In this document: in pieces, positions 27,250 through 36,659 of the stretch
Position numbering within the stretch: position 1 is the stretch's first letter
Layout of the letters: the number at the start of each line of letters is the position of its first letter
Origin: Burkholderiales bacterium
GTDB taxonomy: Bacteria; Pseudomonadota; Gammaproteobacteria; Burkholderiales; Burkholderiaceae_C
DNA length: 64,000 nucleotides
Direction: 5' to 3'
NCBI GenBank assembly: GCA_028872015.1
Contig: JAGWLO010000011.1
Span: 325 to 64,324 of the forward strand
The notes under the pieces: generated by a model
The model's database searches: none
What the model was told of the DNA's origin: nothing
What the model saw: only the letters and a program-made list of their open reading frames with translations
Program-made: the position numbers and the translations under genes

Positions 27250-28260
27250 ATGAAACGTCGCACTGCCATCAGCACCCTGGGCGCCATGGGCGCCCTCGCC
27301 GCGGTGGGGGCGCCGCGCGCCTTCGCGCAGCAGCCCATCCTCATCAAGTTCAGCCACGTCGTCACCAACGACACGCCCAAGGGCAAGGGCGCGCTCAAGT
27401 TCAAGGAGCTGGCCGAGAAGTACACCGGCGGCAAGGTCCGGGTCGAGGTCTATCCCAACTCCACCCTGTACAAGGACAAGGAGGAGATGGACGCGCTGAA
27501 CAGCGGGGCGGTGCAGATCCTGGCGCCGTCGACGGCCAAGTTCCGCCCCATCGGCGTGCCCGAGTTCGAGGCGCTCGATCTGCCCTACATCTTCGAGGGC
27601 GATGCCGGCTACGACAAGGTCGTCAACGGCCCGATCGGCAAGGGCCTGCTGAAGAAGCTCGAGGCCAAGGGCATCACCGGCATGGCGTTCTGGGACAACG
27701 GCTTCCACATGGTGTCGGCCAACACGCCACTGCTGATGCCGGCCGACTTCCAGGGCCTGAAGATTCGCATCTCGGGCTCGAAGATCGCCGACCTGTACTT
27801 CCGTGCCCTGGGCGCGCTGCCGCAGATCCTGGCCTTCTCCGAGGTGTACCAGGCGCTGCAGACCGGCGTGGTCGACGGCTGCGAGAACACGCCGTCCAAC
27901 TACTACACGCAGAAGTTCTACGAGGTGCAGAAGCACATCACGGTGTCGAACCACGCGCACCTGCAGTACGCCGTGATCACCAACACCAAGTTCTGGATGG
28001 GCCTGCCACCGGACATCCGGGCCCAGCTCGACAAGGCGATGGACGAGGCCAGCGAATACACCAACTCGATCGCCAAGCAGGAGAACGCCGACTCGCTGGC
28101 CAAGATCAAGGCCTCGGGCAAGACGACGCTGCACACCCTGACGCCGGCCCAGGTCGCGGCCTGGAAAGCGGCCTTCAAGCCGGTCTACAAGGAAGCCGAG
28201 AGTCGGGTGGGCAAGACCATCGTCGACGAGCTGCTCAAGTCCGCCGGCATCACGATCTAG
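27250..28260 (+). CDS. TRAP transporter solute-binding protein (DctP family)
   Basis: AGGAG SD. Signal peptide ...PRAFAQQ. The KFSHVVTNDTPKG start of the mature protein is typical of DctP-type binding proteins. Confidence 0.85.
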   Translation: MKRRTAISTLGAMGALAAVGAPRAFAQQPILIKFSHVVTNDTPKGKGALKFKELAEKYTGGKVRVEVYPNSTLYKDKEEMDALNSGAVQILAPSTAKFRPIGVPEFEALDLPYIFEGDAGYDKVVNGPIGKGLLKKLEAKGITGMAFWDNGFHMVSANTPLLMPADFQGLKIRISGSKIADLYFRALGALPQILAFSEVYQALQTGVVDGCENTPSNYYTQKFYEVQKHITVSNHAHLQYAVITNTKFWMGLPPDIRAQLDKAMDEASEYTNSIAKQENADSLAKIKASGKTTLHTLTPAQVAAWKAAFKPVYKEAESRVGKTIVDELLKSAGITI

Positions 28261-28317
28261 CGCCAGCGTTCCAGCGCCGGGCGCCGAAGCCGCGCCGCGC
28301 TCCCCGGGAGGGACCCC

Positions 28318-30357
28318 TTGCTCACCAAGCTGAACTCGCTGCTGAACCACCTCGAAGAGTGGGTCATCGCCAGCCTCATCGCGCTGGCGACCACGCTCGT
28401 CTTCGTGGCCGTGCTGCACCGCTACGGCACTGCGAACTCGATCGACTTCGCCAAGTGGCTCGAGGCCCACGGCATGGCGTTCGCGTCGCCGCCGTTCCGG
28501 GCGATCTTCGGCTTCCTGGCGGGCCTGGACCTGTCCTGGGCGCAGGAGCTGTGCATCTACCTCTTCATCTGGATGGCCAAGTTCGGCGCCGCCTACGGCG
28601 TGCGCACCGGCATCCACGTGGGGGTCGACGTGCTGGTGATGCGCCTGCCCCCGGCGCGGGCGCGCAAGGTGATCCTGTTCGGGCTGCTCAGCGGCGCGCT
28701 CTTCACCGCCGTCATCGCCAACTTCGGCGCCCACTTCACCTGGACCGTGTTCCAGTCGGGCACGCGCTCGAACGACCTCGAGGTGCGGATGTGGATCGTC
28801 TACCTGGCGATCCCGCTCGGCTCCTCGCTGATGTGCCTGCGCTTCCTGCAGGTGGCCTGGCACTACCTCAAGACGGGCACGCTGCCGCATCACGAGGTGG
28901 CCCATGTCGAAGGCATGGAGGACGCCGCTGCCGCCCCGGCCCCGGCCGCGGCCGCGCGACCCCAACCCGCGCCGCGCAGCGGCCGGCCGCTGAGCCTGGC
29001 GCTCATCCTGCTGCCTTTCCTGATGCTGGGCCTGGGCCTGATGGCCAAGCACGGCATGATCCCCTCGGGCGGCGGCGTGCGCGCGGGCATCGTGTTCGGC
29101 CTGCTGGTCTCGCTCATGCTCACCGGCATGCCGATCTCGATCGCGCTCGGCCTCACGGTGCTGAGCTTCATGTACACGCTGTCCGACGTGCCGCTGGACT
29201 CGGTGGCGATGAAGCTGTTCACCGGCATCGAGAACTTCGAGATCATGGCGATCCCGTTCTTCATCCTGGCCGGCAACTTCCTCACCCACGGCGGCGTGGC
29301 GCGGCGGATGATCAACTTCGCCACCTCGCTGGTGGGCCACTGGCACGGCGGGCTGGGGCTGTCGGCGGTGCTGGCCTGCGCGCTGTTCGCGGCCGTCTCG
29401 GGCTCGTCGCCGGCCAGCGTGGTGGCGATCGGCTCGGTGATGATCCCGGCCATGCTGGCGCAGGGCTTTCCGCCGCGCTTCGGCGCCGGCGTCGTGACCA
29501 CGGCCGGCGCCCTGGGCATCCTGATCCCGCCCTCGATCGCGATGGTGCTGTACTCGGTGTCCACCAACACCTCGGTGGGCAAGCTGTTCATCGCCGGCAT
29601 CGTGCCCGGCATCATGCTGGCGACGATGCTGGGCATGACCACCGCCTACCGCGCCTGGCGCAACGGCTACCCGCGCATGCCGCGCGCGAACTGGGGCCAG
29701 CGCGCGAAGGCGGGCCGCGAGTCGTTCTGGGGCCTGATGCTCATCGTCATCGTCATCGGCGGCATCTACACCGGCGTCTTCACGCCGACCGAGGCCGCGG
29801 CCGTGAGCGCGGTCTACGCGTTCGTGATCGCCGTCTTCGTCTACAAGGACCTGAAGCTGCAGGACGTGCCGCGCGTGCTGCTGGCCTCGGCCAACATGAG
29901 CGCGATGCTGCTGTACATCATCACCAACGCGGTGCTGTTCAGCTTCCTCATGACCAGCGAGCAGATCCCGCAGGCGATGGCGGCCTGGATGGTGGGGCAG
30001 GGCCTGGGGCCGATCAGCTTCCTGCTGGTGGTCAACGTGATGCTGCTGCTGGCCGGCAACGTGATGGAGCCCTCGTCGATCATCCTGATCATGGCGCCCA
30101 TCCTGTTCCCGGTGGCGGTGCAGCTGGGGGTCGACCCGGTGCACTTCGGCATCCTGATGACGGTGAACATGGAAGTCGGCATGTGCCACCCGCCGGTGGG
30201 CCTGAACCTGTACGTGGCCTCGGGCATCGCCAAGATGGGCATCACCGAGCTGACCATCGCCGTCTGGCCGTGGCTGGTGACGATGCTGGTGTTCCTGGTG
30301 ATGGTCACCTACATCCCGGCGATCTCGCTGTTCCTGCCGCGCCTGCTGGGCATGTGA
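28318..30357 (+). CDS. TRAP transporter fused small/large permease (DctQ-DctM fusion)
   Basis: TTG start preceded by GGGAGG. N-terminal roughly 190-aa DctQ-like 4-TM part, an Ala/Pro linker, then a DctM-like polytopic domain. Confidence 0.8.
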   Translation: MLTKLNSLLNHLEEWVIASLIALATTLVFVAVLHRYGTANSIDFAKWLEAHGMAFASPPFRAIFGFLAGLDLSWAQELCIYLFIWMAKFGAAYGVRTGIHVGVDVLVMRLPPARARKVILFGLLSGALFTAVIANFGAHFTWTVFQSGTRSNDLEVRMWIVYLAIPLGSSLMCLRFLQVAWHYLKTGTLPHHEVAHVEGMEDAAAAPAPAAAARPQPAPRSGRPLSLALILLPFLMLGLGLMAKHGMIPSGGGVRAGIVFGLLVSLMLTGMPISIALGLTVLSFMYTLSDVPLDSVAMKLFTGIENFEIMAIPFFILAGNFLTHGGVARRMINFATSLVGHWHGGLGLSAVLACALFAAVSGSSPASVVAIGSVMIPAMLAQGFPPRFGAGVVTTAGALGILIPPSIAMVLYSVSTNTSVGKLFIAGIVPGIMLATMLGMTTAYRAWRNGYPRMPRANWGQRAKAGRESFWGLMLIVIVIGGIYTGVFTPTEAAAVSAVYAFVIAVFVYKDLKLQDVPRVLLASANMSAMLLYIITNAVLFSFLMTSEQIPQAMAAWMVGQGLGPISFLLVVNVMLLLAGNVMEPSSIILIMAPILFPVAVQLGVDPVHFGILMTVNMEVGMCHPPVGLNLYVASGIAKMGITELTIAVWPWLVTMLVFLVMVTYIPAISLFLPRLLGM

Positions 30358-30404
30358 GCGCCCGGCGGGCCGTGGCGCGGCCCGGCGCGGCGTGCGCCGC
30401 CTCC

Positions 30405-30410
30405 TAGAAT
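30405..30410 (+). promoter_or_regulatory. Candidate -10 hexamer (TAGAAT) for dcd
   Basis: CTAGAATCGCGCCACC, 59 nt upstream of the dcd ATG. Same nAGAATCGCGC motif as elsewhere in the window. Confidence 0.3.
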
Positions 30411-30468
30411 CGCGCCACCCGCGCCGGACCCGGCGCTGCAGCCGGCGCATCCGCGCACGAGGCCCAGG

Positions 30469-31038
30469 ATGACGATCAAGAGCGACAAGTGGATACGCCG
30501 CATGGCTCAGCAGCACGGCATGATCGAGCCGTTCGAGCCCGGCCAGGTGCGCGAGAGCGCAGCCGGCCAGCGCATCGTCAGCTACGGCACCAGCAGCTAC
30601 GGCTACGACATCCGCTGCGCGCCCGAGTTCAAGGTCTTCACCAACATCCACAGCACGGTGGTGGACCCGAAGAACTTCGACGAGAACAGCTTCGTCGACA
30701 TCCGCAAGGACGTCTGCGTCATCCCGCCCAACAGCTTCGCGCTGGCGCGCACGCTCGAGTACTTCCGCATCCCGCGCAACGTGCTCACCATCTGCCTGGG
30801 CAAGAGCACGTATGCGCGCTGCGGCATCATCGTCAACGTCACGCCCTTCGAGCCCGAGTGGGAGGGTTTCGTGACGCTCGAGTTCAGCAACACCACGCCG
30901 CTGCCGGCCAAGATCTACGCCGGCGAGGGCTGCGCGCAGGTGCTGTTCTTCGAGAGCGACGAGGTCTGCGAGATCAGCTACAAGGACCGCGGCGGCAAGT
31001 ACCAGGGCCAGCGCGGCGTGACCCTGCCCAAGACCTGA
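30469..31038 (+). CDS. dcd: dCTP deaminase
   Basis: 189 aa. [24 protein letters not shown]...SYGYDIRC...[15 protein letters not shown] is a canonical Dcd sequence. Confidence 0.95.
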   Translation: MTIKSDKWIRRMAQQHGMIEPFEPGQVRESAAGQRIVSYGTSSYGYDIRCAPEFKVFTNIHSTVVDPKNFDENSFVDIRKDVCVIPPNSFALARTLEYFRIPRNVLTICLGKSTYARCGIIVNVTPFEPEWEGFVTLEFSNTTPLPAKIYAGEGCAQVLFFESDEVCEISYKDRGGKYQGQRGVTLPKT

Positions 31039-31065
31039 CCAGCCCGCGCCCCGGGGAGCACCGCG

Positions 31066-31938
31066 ATGAAGTGGGAAGGCCAGGACCAGAGCGACAACGT
31101 CGAGGACCGCCGCGATGGCGGCGGCGGCCTCGGCGGCAGCGGCATCGGGGGGCGCCACATCGGCATCGGCAGCGTGGTCATCGCGCTGCTGGCGGGCTGG
31201 GCCTTCGGCATCAACCCGCTCACCGTGCTGGGCCTGCTCGGCGGCGGCAGCGGCGCGCCGGTGGTGCAGCAGGCGCCGGCGCACAAGCCGCCACCCGGCG
31301 ACCGGGAAGCGGTATTCGTTTCGGTGGTGCTGCGCGACACCGAGCAGGTGTGGGGCCAGATCTTCCAGGCCGCCGGCGGCCGCTACGAAGACCCCCGGCT
31401 CGTGCTGTTTCGCGGCGCCACGCCCACCGCCTGCGGCACCGGCCAGAGCGCCATGGGCCCCTTCTACTGCCCGGGCGACCGCAAGGTCTACCTCGACCTC
31501 GACTTCTTCGACACCCTGAGCCGGCGCCTGGGTGCGCCCGGGCAGTTTGCGCAGGCCTATGTCATCGCGCACGAGGTCGGCCACCACGTGCAGAACCTGA
31601 TGGGCATCACGGCCAAGGTCGAGGCCTTGCGCAGCCGGCAGTCCACGGCCCAGGCCAACGCCACCTCGGTCCGGCTGGAATTGCAGGCCGACTGCCTGGC
31701 CGGCGTCTGGGCCTTCCACTCGCAGCAGGGCAAGGGCTGGCTGGAGGCGGGCGACATCGAGCAGGCGCTGAACGCGGCCTCGCAGATCGGGGACGACACG
31801 CTGCAGCGCGAGTCGCGCGGCACGGTGGTGCCCGAGAGTTTCACCCATGGCAGCAGCGCGCAGCGCGTGGACTGGTTCAAGCGCGGGCTGGCCGGCGGGC
31901 AGGTGAACGCGTGCAACACCTTCCAGGCCGCGCTGTAG
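31066..31938 (+). CDS. YpfJ-like neutral zinc metallopeptidase
   Basis: GGGGAG SD. One TM helix after a Gly-rich N-terminus. HEVGHH zinc motif and a GPFYCPGD segment. Confidence 0.8.
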   Translation: MKWEGQDQSDNVEDRRDGGGGLGGSGIGGRHIGIGSVVIALLAGWAFGINPLTVLGLLGGGSGAPVVQQAPAHKPPPGDREAVFVSVVLRDTEQVWGQIFQAAGGRYEDPRLVLFRGATPTACGTGQSAMGPFYCPGDRKVYLDLDFFDTLSRRLGAPGQFAQAYVIAHEVGHHVQNLMGITAKVEALRSRQSTAQANATSVRLELQADCLAGVWAFHSQQGKGWLEAGDIEQALNAASQIGDDTLQRESRGTVVPESFTHGSSAQRVDWFKRGLAGGQVNACNTFQAAL

Positions 31939-31997
31939 CGGCGCCGCGTTGTGGCCTAATGCGGGGTTTTGTTCGAAGCGAGCGACAGGAATTCATC

Positions 31998-32165
31998 ATG
32001 GGCAACAAGATCGTCACCGAAGCCGACCGCAAGGCCACCCCGCGCCCGGTCGCCCCCACGGGCGTCACCGTGACCACCCAGCGCGGCCAGAAGGTTAGCC
32101 TGGAGCGTGGCTCGCACACGCGCAGCAAGAAGAACCCGGGCAAGCGCGCCAAGAAGGGCGGCTGA
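31998..32165 (+). CDS. Small (55-aa) highly basic hypothetical protein
   Basis: ATG preceded by AGGAA at 6-nt spacing. Nearly all codons end in G/C. Followed by a stem-loop (GGCTTC-GGCT-GAAGCC). Confidence 0.5.
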   Translation: MGNKIVTEADRKATPRPVAPTGVTVTTQRGQKVSLERGSHTRSKKNPGKRAKKGG

Positions 32166-32274
32166 GCGCCTGCCGGGCCGGCCCCGGCTTCGGCTGAAGC
32201 CGCCCGGCGCGCGGCACGCCGTCGGCCGCGCGCCCATGCGGCGCCCGGGCCGGCCCCGCGCTCGAGGTGCGCCC

Positions 32275-33936
32275 ATGCTCCGCATCACCGAACTCCGCCT
32301 GCCGCTGGATCACCCGCCCGAGGCCCTGCGCGCGGCCGTGCAGGCGCGGCTGGGTGTGGCCGAAGGGGCGCTGCGCGCCTTCAGCGTCTTCCGCCGCGCC
32401 TACGACGCGCGGCGCAAGAGTGCCATCGTGCTGAGCTACACCGTCGACTGCGAGCTGGCCGATGCAGCGGCCGAGGCCGCGGTGCTGGCCCGGCATGCGG
32501 CCGACGCGCACGTGCGCCCGGCGCCCGACACGCGCTACCGTTTCGTGGCCCGGGCGCCGGCGGATTTCCGCGCCAGCGGCCGGCTGCGGCCGGTGGTGGT
32601 GGGCTTCGGTCCCTGCGGCCTGTTCGCGGCCCTGGTGCTGGCGCAGATGGGCCTGGCGCCCATCGTGCTGGAGCGCGGCAAGGAGGTGCGCCAGCGCACC
32701 AAGGACACCTGGGGCCTGTGGCGCCAGGGCGTGCTCGACCCGGGCTCGAACGTGCAGTTCGGCGAAGGCGGCGCCGGCACCTTCAGCGACGGCAAGCTGT
32801 GGAGCCAGATCAGCGACCCGCGGCATCTCACGCGCAAGGTGCTGACCGAGTTCGTCAAGGCCGGTGCGCCGGACGAGATCCTGTTCGTGAGCAAGCCGCA
32901 CATCGGCACCTTCCGGCTCGTGAGCATGATCGAGAAGATGCGCGCCGACATCGTGGCCCTGGGCGGCGAGGTTCGCTTCGGCGAGCAGGTGGTCGACCTG
33001 CATATCGAAGCCGGCCGGGTGCGCGGCCTCACGCTGGCCTCGGGCGCCGAGCTGCGCGCCGACCACGTGGTGCTGGCGCTCGGCCACAGCGCGCGCGACA
33101 CGTTTGCGATGCTGCAGCGGCGCGGTGTACGGCTCGAGGCCAAGCCATTCTCGGTGGGCTTCCGCATCGAGCATCCGCAGGGCGTGATCGACAGGGCCCG
33201 CTTCGGCCCCAGCGCCGGCCACCCGATCCTGGGGGCGGCCGACTACCGGCTGGTGCACCACGCCCGCAACGGCCGGGCCGTCTACAGCTTCTGCATGTGC
33301 CCGGGCGGCACCGTGGTGGCGGCCACGTCCGAGGCCGGCCGCGTGGTCACCAACGGCATGAGCCAGTACTCGCGCAACGAGCGCAACGCCAACGCCGGCA
33401 TCGTGGTGGGCATCAGCCCCCAGGACTACCGCCAGGATGCAGGCCCGGGCGCGGTCAACCCGCTGGACGGGGTGGCGTTCCAGCGCCGGTGGGAATCGCG
33501 CGCCTACGAGCTCGGCGGAGGCGGCTACGTGGCGCCGGGGCAGCTGGTGGGCGACTTCCTCCGCGGCCAGCGCTCGACTGCGCCCGGCACCGTGCTGCCC
33601 TCGTACCGCCCCGGGGTGCGCATGACCGACCTGGCCGATGCCCGGCAGCCCAGCCTGCCGCCTTATGTGCTGGAGGCCATTCGCGAGGCGCTGCCGGCCT
33701 TCGAGCGCCAGATTCCGGGCTTCACGATGCCCGACGCGGTGCTCACCGGCGTGGAGACGCGCACCTCGTCGCCGTTGCGCATCCCGCGCGGCCCAGACCA
33801 CCAGAGCCTGAACGTGGCCGGCCTGTACCCGGCGGGCGAGGGTGCGGGCTACGCCGGCGGCATCATGTCGGCCGGCGTGGACGGCATCGAGGTGGCCGAA
33901 TCGGTGGCGCGCGCGCTGCTGGGCGTGGCGGCCTGA
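32275..33936 (+). CDS. FAD-dependent oxidoreductase (COG2509-like uncharacterised FAD protein)
   Basis: Start at MLRITELRLPLDHPPEAL with GAGG SD. VVVGFGPCGLFAAL dinucleotide motif; C-terminal GLYPAGEGAGYAGGI. Confidence 0.75.
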   Translation: MLRITELRLPLDHPPEALRAAVQARLGVAEGALRAFSVFRRAYDARRKSAIVLSYTVDCELADAAAEAAVLARHAADAHVRPAPDTRYRFVARAPADFRASGRLRPVVVGFGPCGLFAALVLAQMGLAPIVLERGKEVRQRTKDTWGLWRQGVLDPGSNVQFGEGGAGTFSDGKLWSQISDPRHLTRKVLTEFVKAGAPDEILFVSKPHIGTFRLVSMIEKMRADIVALGGEVRFGEQVVDLHIEAGRVRGLTLASGAELRADHVVLALGHSARDTFAMLQRRGVRLEAKPFSVGFRIEHPQGVIDRARFGPSAGHPILGAADYRLVHHARNGRAVYSFCMCPGGTVVAATSEAGRVVTNGMSQYSRNERNANAGIVVGISPQDYRQDAGPGAVNPLDGVAFQRRWESRAYELGGGGYVAPGQLVGDFLRGQRSTAPGTVLPSYRPGVRMTDLADARQPSLPPYVLEAIREALPAFERQIPGFTMPDAVLTGVETRTSSPLRIPRGPDHQSLNVAGLYPAGEGAGYAGGIMSAGVDGIEVAESVARALLGVAA

Positions 33937-33981
33937 TCGACCGCGGCTCGCGGGTCGCCGGCCCGGCGCCCTGGCGGCCGC

Positions 33982-34845
33982 TCAGCCGTCGATCAAGGCC
34001 GGGTCCCAGGCGTGCACCGCCTGGCGCTGCTGCCCCAGCTGCGCGATGCCCAGCGTCATCACGTCGCCCGGCTTCAGGAACACCGGGTGCGGCTTCACGC
34101 CCATGCCCACGCCCGGCGGCGTGCCGGTGGTGATCAGGTCGCCCGGCTCCAGCGTCATGAATCGGCTGAGGTAGCTCACGATGGCGGCCACGCCGAAGAT
34201 CATGGTGCGCGTGCTGCCGGTCTGGAAGCGGCGTCCGTTCAGGTCCAGCCACAGGCCCAGGTCCTGCACGTCGCCGATCTCGTCGGCCGTCACCAGCCAG
34301 GGGCCGACCGGGCCGAAGGTGTCGCAGCACTTGCCCTTGTCCCACTGGCCGCCGCGCTCGAGCTGGTATTCGCGCTCGGACACATCGTTGACCACGCAGT
34401 AGCCGGCCACGTGCGCCAGCGCCTCGGCCTCGGCCACGTAGCGCGCGCGGCTGCCGATGACGACGCCCAGCTCGACCTCCCAGTCGCTCTTGACCGAGCC
34501 CTGCGGCAGCACCACCGGGTCGTTGCAGCCGATGGCGCAGCCGGGTGTCTTCATGAAGACGATGGGCTCCCTGGGCACCGGCATGCCGGCTTCGGCCGCA
34601 TGGTCGGCGTAGTTCAGGCCGATGGCGATGAACTTGCCCATGCCGTGCCAGGGCACCCCGGGGCGCCCCAGGCCGACGGCGGGCAGGCTGCGCGGGTCCA
34701 GCGCCCGCAGCGCGGCCAGGCCGGCCGGCGCGAGCGTGGCCGGCGTGATGTCGGCCAGCACCGGCGAGAGGTCGCGGGCCTGGCCCCGGTCGTCGATCAG
34801 CGCGGGCTTCTCGTGGCCCTTGGGGCCATGGCGCAGCAGCTTCAT
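33982..34845 (-). CDS. Fumarylacetoacetate hydrolase (FAH) family protein
   Basis: GAGGAG SD. 287 aa. KFIAIGLNYADHA and DWEVELGVVIG motifs of the FAH/HpcE superfamily. Confidence 0.8.
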   Translation of the reverse strand: MKLLRHGPKGHEKPALIDDRGQARDLSPVLADITPATLAPAGLAALRALDPRSLPAVGLGRPGVPWHGMGKFIAIGLNYADHAAEAGMPVPREPIVFMKTPGCAIGCNDPVVLPQGSVKSDWEVELGVVIGSRARYVAEAEALAHVAGYCVVNDVSEREYQLERGGQWDKGKCCDTFGPVGPWLVTADEIGDVQDLGLWLDLNGRRFQTGSTRTMIFGVAAIVSYLSRFMTLEPGDLITTGTPPGVGMGVKPHPVFLKPGDVMTLGIAQLGQQRQAVHAWDPALIDG

Positions 34846-34882
34846 GCGGGGTTCTCTCCTCGGGGTGGGGTGGGCCGCGCGT

Positions 34883-35647
34883 TCAGCCGCGGCCCACGAA
34901 GGGCATCCGGGTGGCCATCACGGTCATGAACAGCACGTTGGCCGACAGCGGCAGCCGCGCCATCGCCATGAAGGTGTCGACCACGGCCGCCATCGCCATG
35001 CGCGCCTCGGGGCGCAGGCTGCCGTCGGCCTGCGGCACGCCCTGGGCCATCGCCGTGGTCATGTCGCTGGCGACGTTGCCGATGTCGATCTGGCCCACGG
35101 CGATGTCGAACGCGCGGCCGTCCAGCGCGGCCGCGCGCGTCAGGCCCGTGATGGCGTGCTTGGTGGCGGTGTAGGCGATCGAGCCCGGCCGCGGCGCGTG
35201 GGCCGAGATCGAGCCGTTGTTGATGATGCGGCCGCCCTGCGGCTGCTGCGCGCGCATCAGCCGGAAGGCGTGCGACAGGCAGAAGAACGCGCCGTTGAGG
35301 TTGACGTCCACCGACTGGCGCCAGGCGGCGGCCGGCAGCTCGTCGGGCGTGCGCCCGGGCACGAAGATGCCGGCGTTGTTGAACAGCAGGTCGAGCCGGC
35401 CGCAGCGCTGCTGCACGGTATCGAACAGCGCCGCCACCGCGGCCTCGTCGGCCACGTCGCAGGGCAGGGCGATGGCGCGCCCGCCCGTGCCGGCCTGCGA
35501 CTCTGCCGCAGCGATGGCGGCCTGCAGCGCCGCGGCGCGCCGGCCCACGAACACGACCTGCCAGCCCTCGCGCAGCAGGGCCGTGGCGCAGGCCTGGCCG
35601 ATGCCGCTGCCGGCGCCGGTGACGAGGGCGGTGGGGAGTGTCGACAT
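34883..35647 (-). CDS. Short-chain dehydrogenase/reductase (SDR)
   Basis: Start at MSTLPTALVTGAGSGIGQA (TGxxxGIG). NNAG motif and YTATK catalytic motif. Confidence 0.8.
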   Translation of the reverse strand: MSTLPTALVTGAGSGIGQACATALLREGWQVVFVGRRAAALQAAIAAAESQAGTGGRAIALPCDVADEAAVAALFDTVQQRCGRLDLLFNNAGIFVPGRTPDELPAAAWRQSVDVNLNGAFFCLSHAFRLMRAQQPQGGRIINNGSISAHAPRPGSIAYTATKHAITGLTRAAALDGRAFDIAVGQIDIGNVASDMTTAMAQGVPQADGSLRPEARMAMAAVVDTFMAMARLPLSANVLFMTVMATRMPFVGRG

Positions 35648-35711
35648 GAGGCTGGATCGTACGGGCAAGCCGGCCGACAATGGCCGCGTCTGCCGCCGCC
35701 GGACCCGCCGC

Positions 35712-36092
35712 ATGGAATTCACGAAGGTCGTTCTGTACACCGCCGACGACGGCCGGGCCCGCTTCCGCGAGGAAGCGCTGCCCTTGCGCGAAGGCAAGCC
35801 GCAGGCCCGCCTGTCGCCGCCGCTGCCCGCAGCTGCGCTGCAATTGCGCATGAGCCCGGTCGGCTTTCGCAGCGAATTCCACTGCACCGAGCAGCCGCAA
35901 TGGGTGTTCATCCTGGGCGGCCGGATGGAGATCGGCCTGCAGGACGGCAGCGTGCGCGTGTTCGGGCCGGGGCAGCATTTCTACTCGGCCGACCGGCTGC
36001 CGGCCGGGTCGGTGTTCGACCCCCGCGTGCACGGCCACTGCAGCCGCCAGCTCGGCGACGAGCCGCTGGTGACGGCCTTCGTGCGCGAGTGA
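35712..36092 (+). CDS. Small cupin-like hypothetical protein
   Basis: 126-aa ORF with high GC3; beta-rich sequence (WVFILGGRMEIGLQDGSVRVFGPG). Function unknown. Confidence 0.45.
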   Translation: MEFTKVVLYTADDGRARFREEALPLREGKPQARLSPPLPAAALQLRMSPVGFRSEFHCTEQPQWVFILGGRMEIGLQDGSVRVFGPGQHFYSADRLPAGSVFDPRVHGHCSRQLGDEPLVTAFVRE

Positions 36093-36096
36093 ACAC

Positions 36097-36138
36097 GCCA
36101 CCGGGCCCGCGACGGGCACCGCGACCCGGGCCGGTGGC
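36097..36138. terminator. Long GC-rich hairpin between the convergent cupin gene and lspA
   Basis: GCCACCGG...CCGGTGGC outer 8-bp stem plus inner CCCG/CGGG pairs with one bulge. Candidate bidirectional terminator. Confidence 0.45.
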
Positions 36139-36141
36139 CCC

Positions 36142-36657
36142 TCAGCGCCCGCGCCGCACGCGCAGCAGCTCGTCCAGGATCAGGCAGATCGCACCCAGCG
36201 TGATGGCGCTGTCGGCCAGGTTGAAGGCCGGGAAGTAGCCGCCTTCGAACAGCGGCGCCAGGAAGCGGAAGCGGAACTGCAGGAAATCGACCACGTAGCC
36301 GTGCAGCAGGCGGTCGATCACGTTGCCGATGGCGCCGCCCATGATCAGGCTGACGGCGAAGCAGAACAGCTTCTGCGTCGGGTGGCTGCGGATCATCCAC
36401 ACGATGAAGCCCGAGGCCGCCAGGCCCAGCGCCGTGAAGGCCCAGCGCTGCCAGCCGCTGGCGCCGGCCAGGAACGAGAACGCAGCGCCCCGGTTGTGCG
36501 CCCGCACCAGGCTGAAGAAGCTGGTCACCGGGTGCGCCTGGCCCAGCGCGAAGGCGCCCATCACCACCGCCTTGGCCGCCTGGTCGGCCACCACCACCAG
36601 CGCCGCCAGCCCGAGCCAGGGCAGCAGGCCGCGGCCCCCCGCGTTGCGCGCGGCCAT
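36142..36657 (-). CDS. lspA: Lipoprotein signal peptidase (signal peptidase II)
   Basis: 171 aa. [19 protein letters not shown] and [11 protein letters not shown] motifs. Starts 2 nt after the ileS stop. Confidence 0.9.
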   Translation of the reverse strand: MAARNAGGRGLLPWLGLAALVVVADQAAKAVVMGAFALGQAHPVTSFFSLVRAHNRGAAFSFLAGASGWQRWAFTALGLAASGFIVWMIRSHPTQKLFCFAVSLIMGGAIGNVIDRLLHGYVVDFLQFRFRFLAPLFEGGYFPAFNLADSAITLGAICLILDELLRVRRGR

Positions 36658-36659
36658 GC

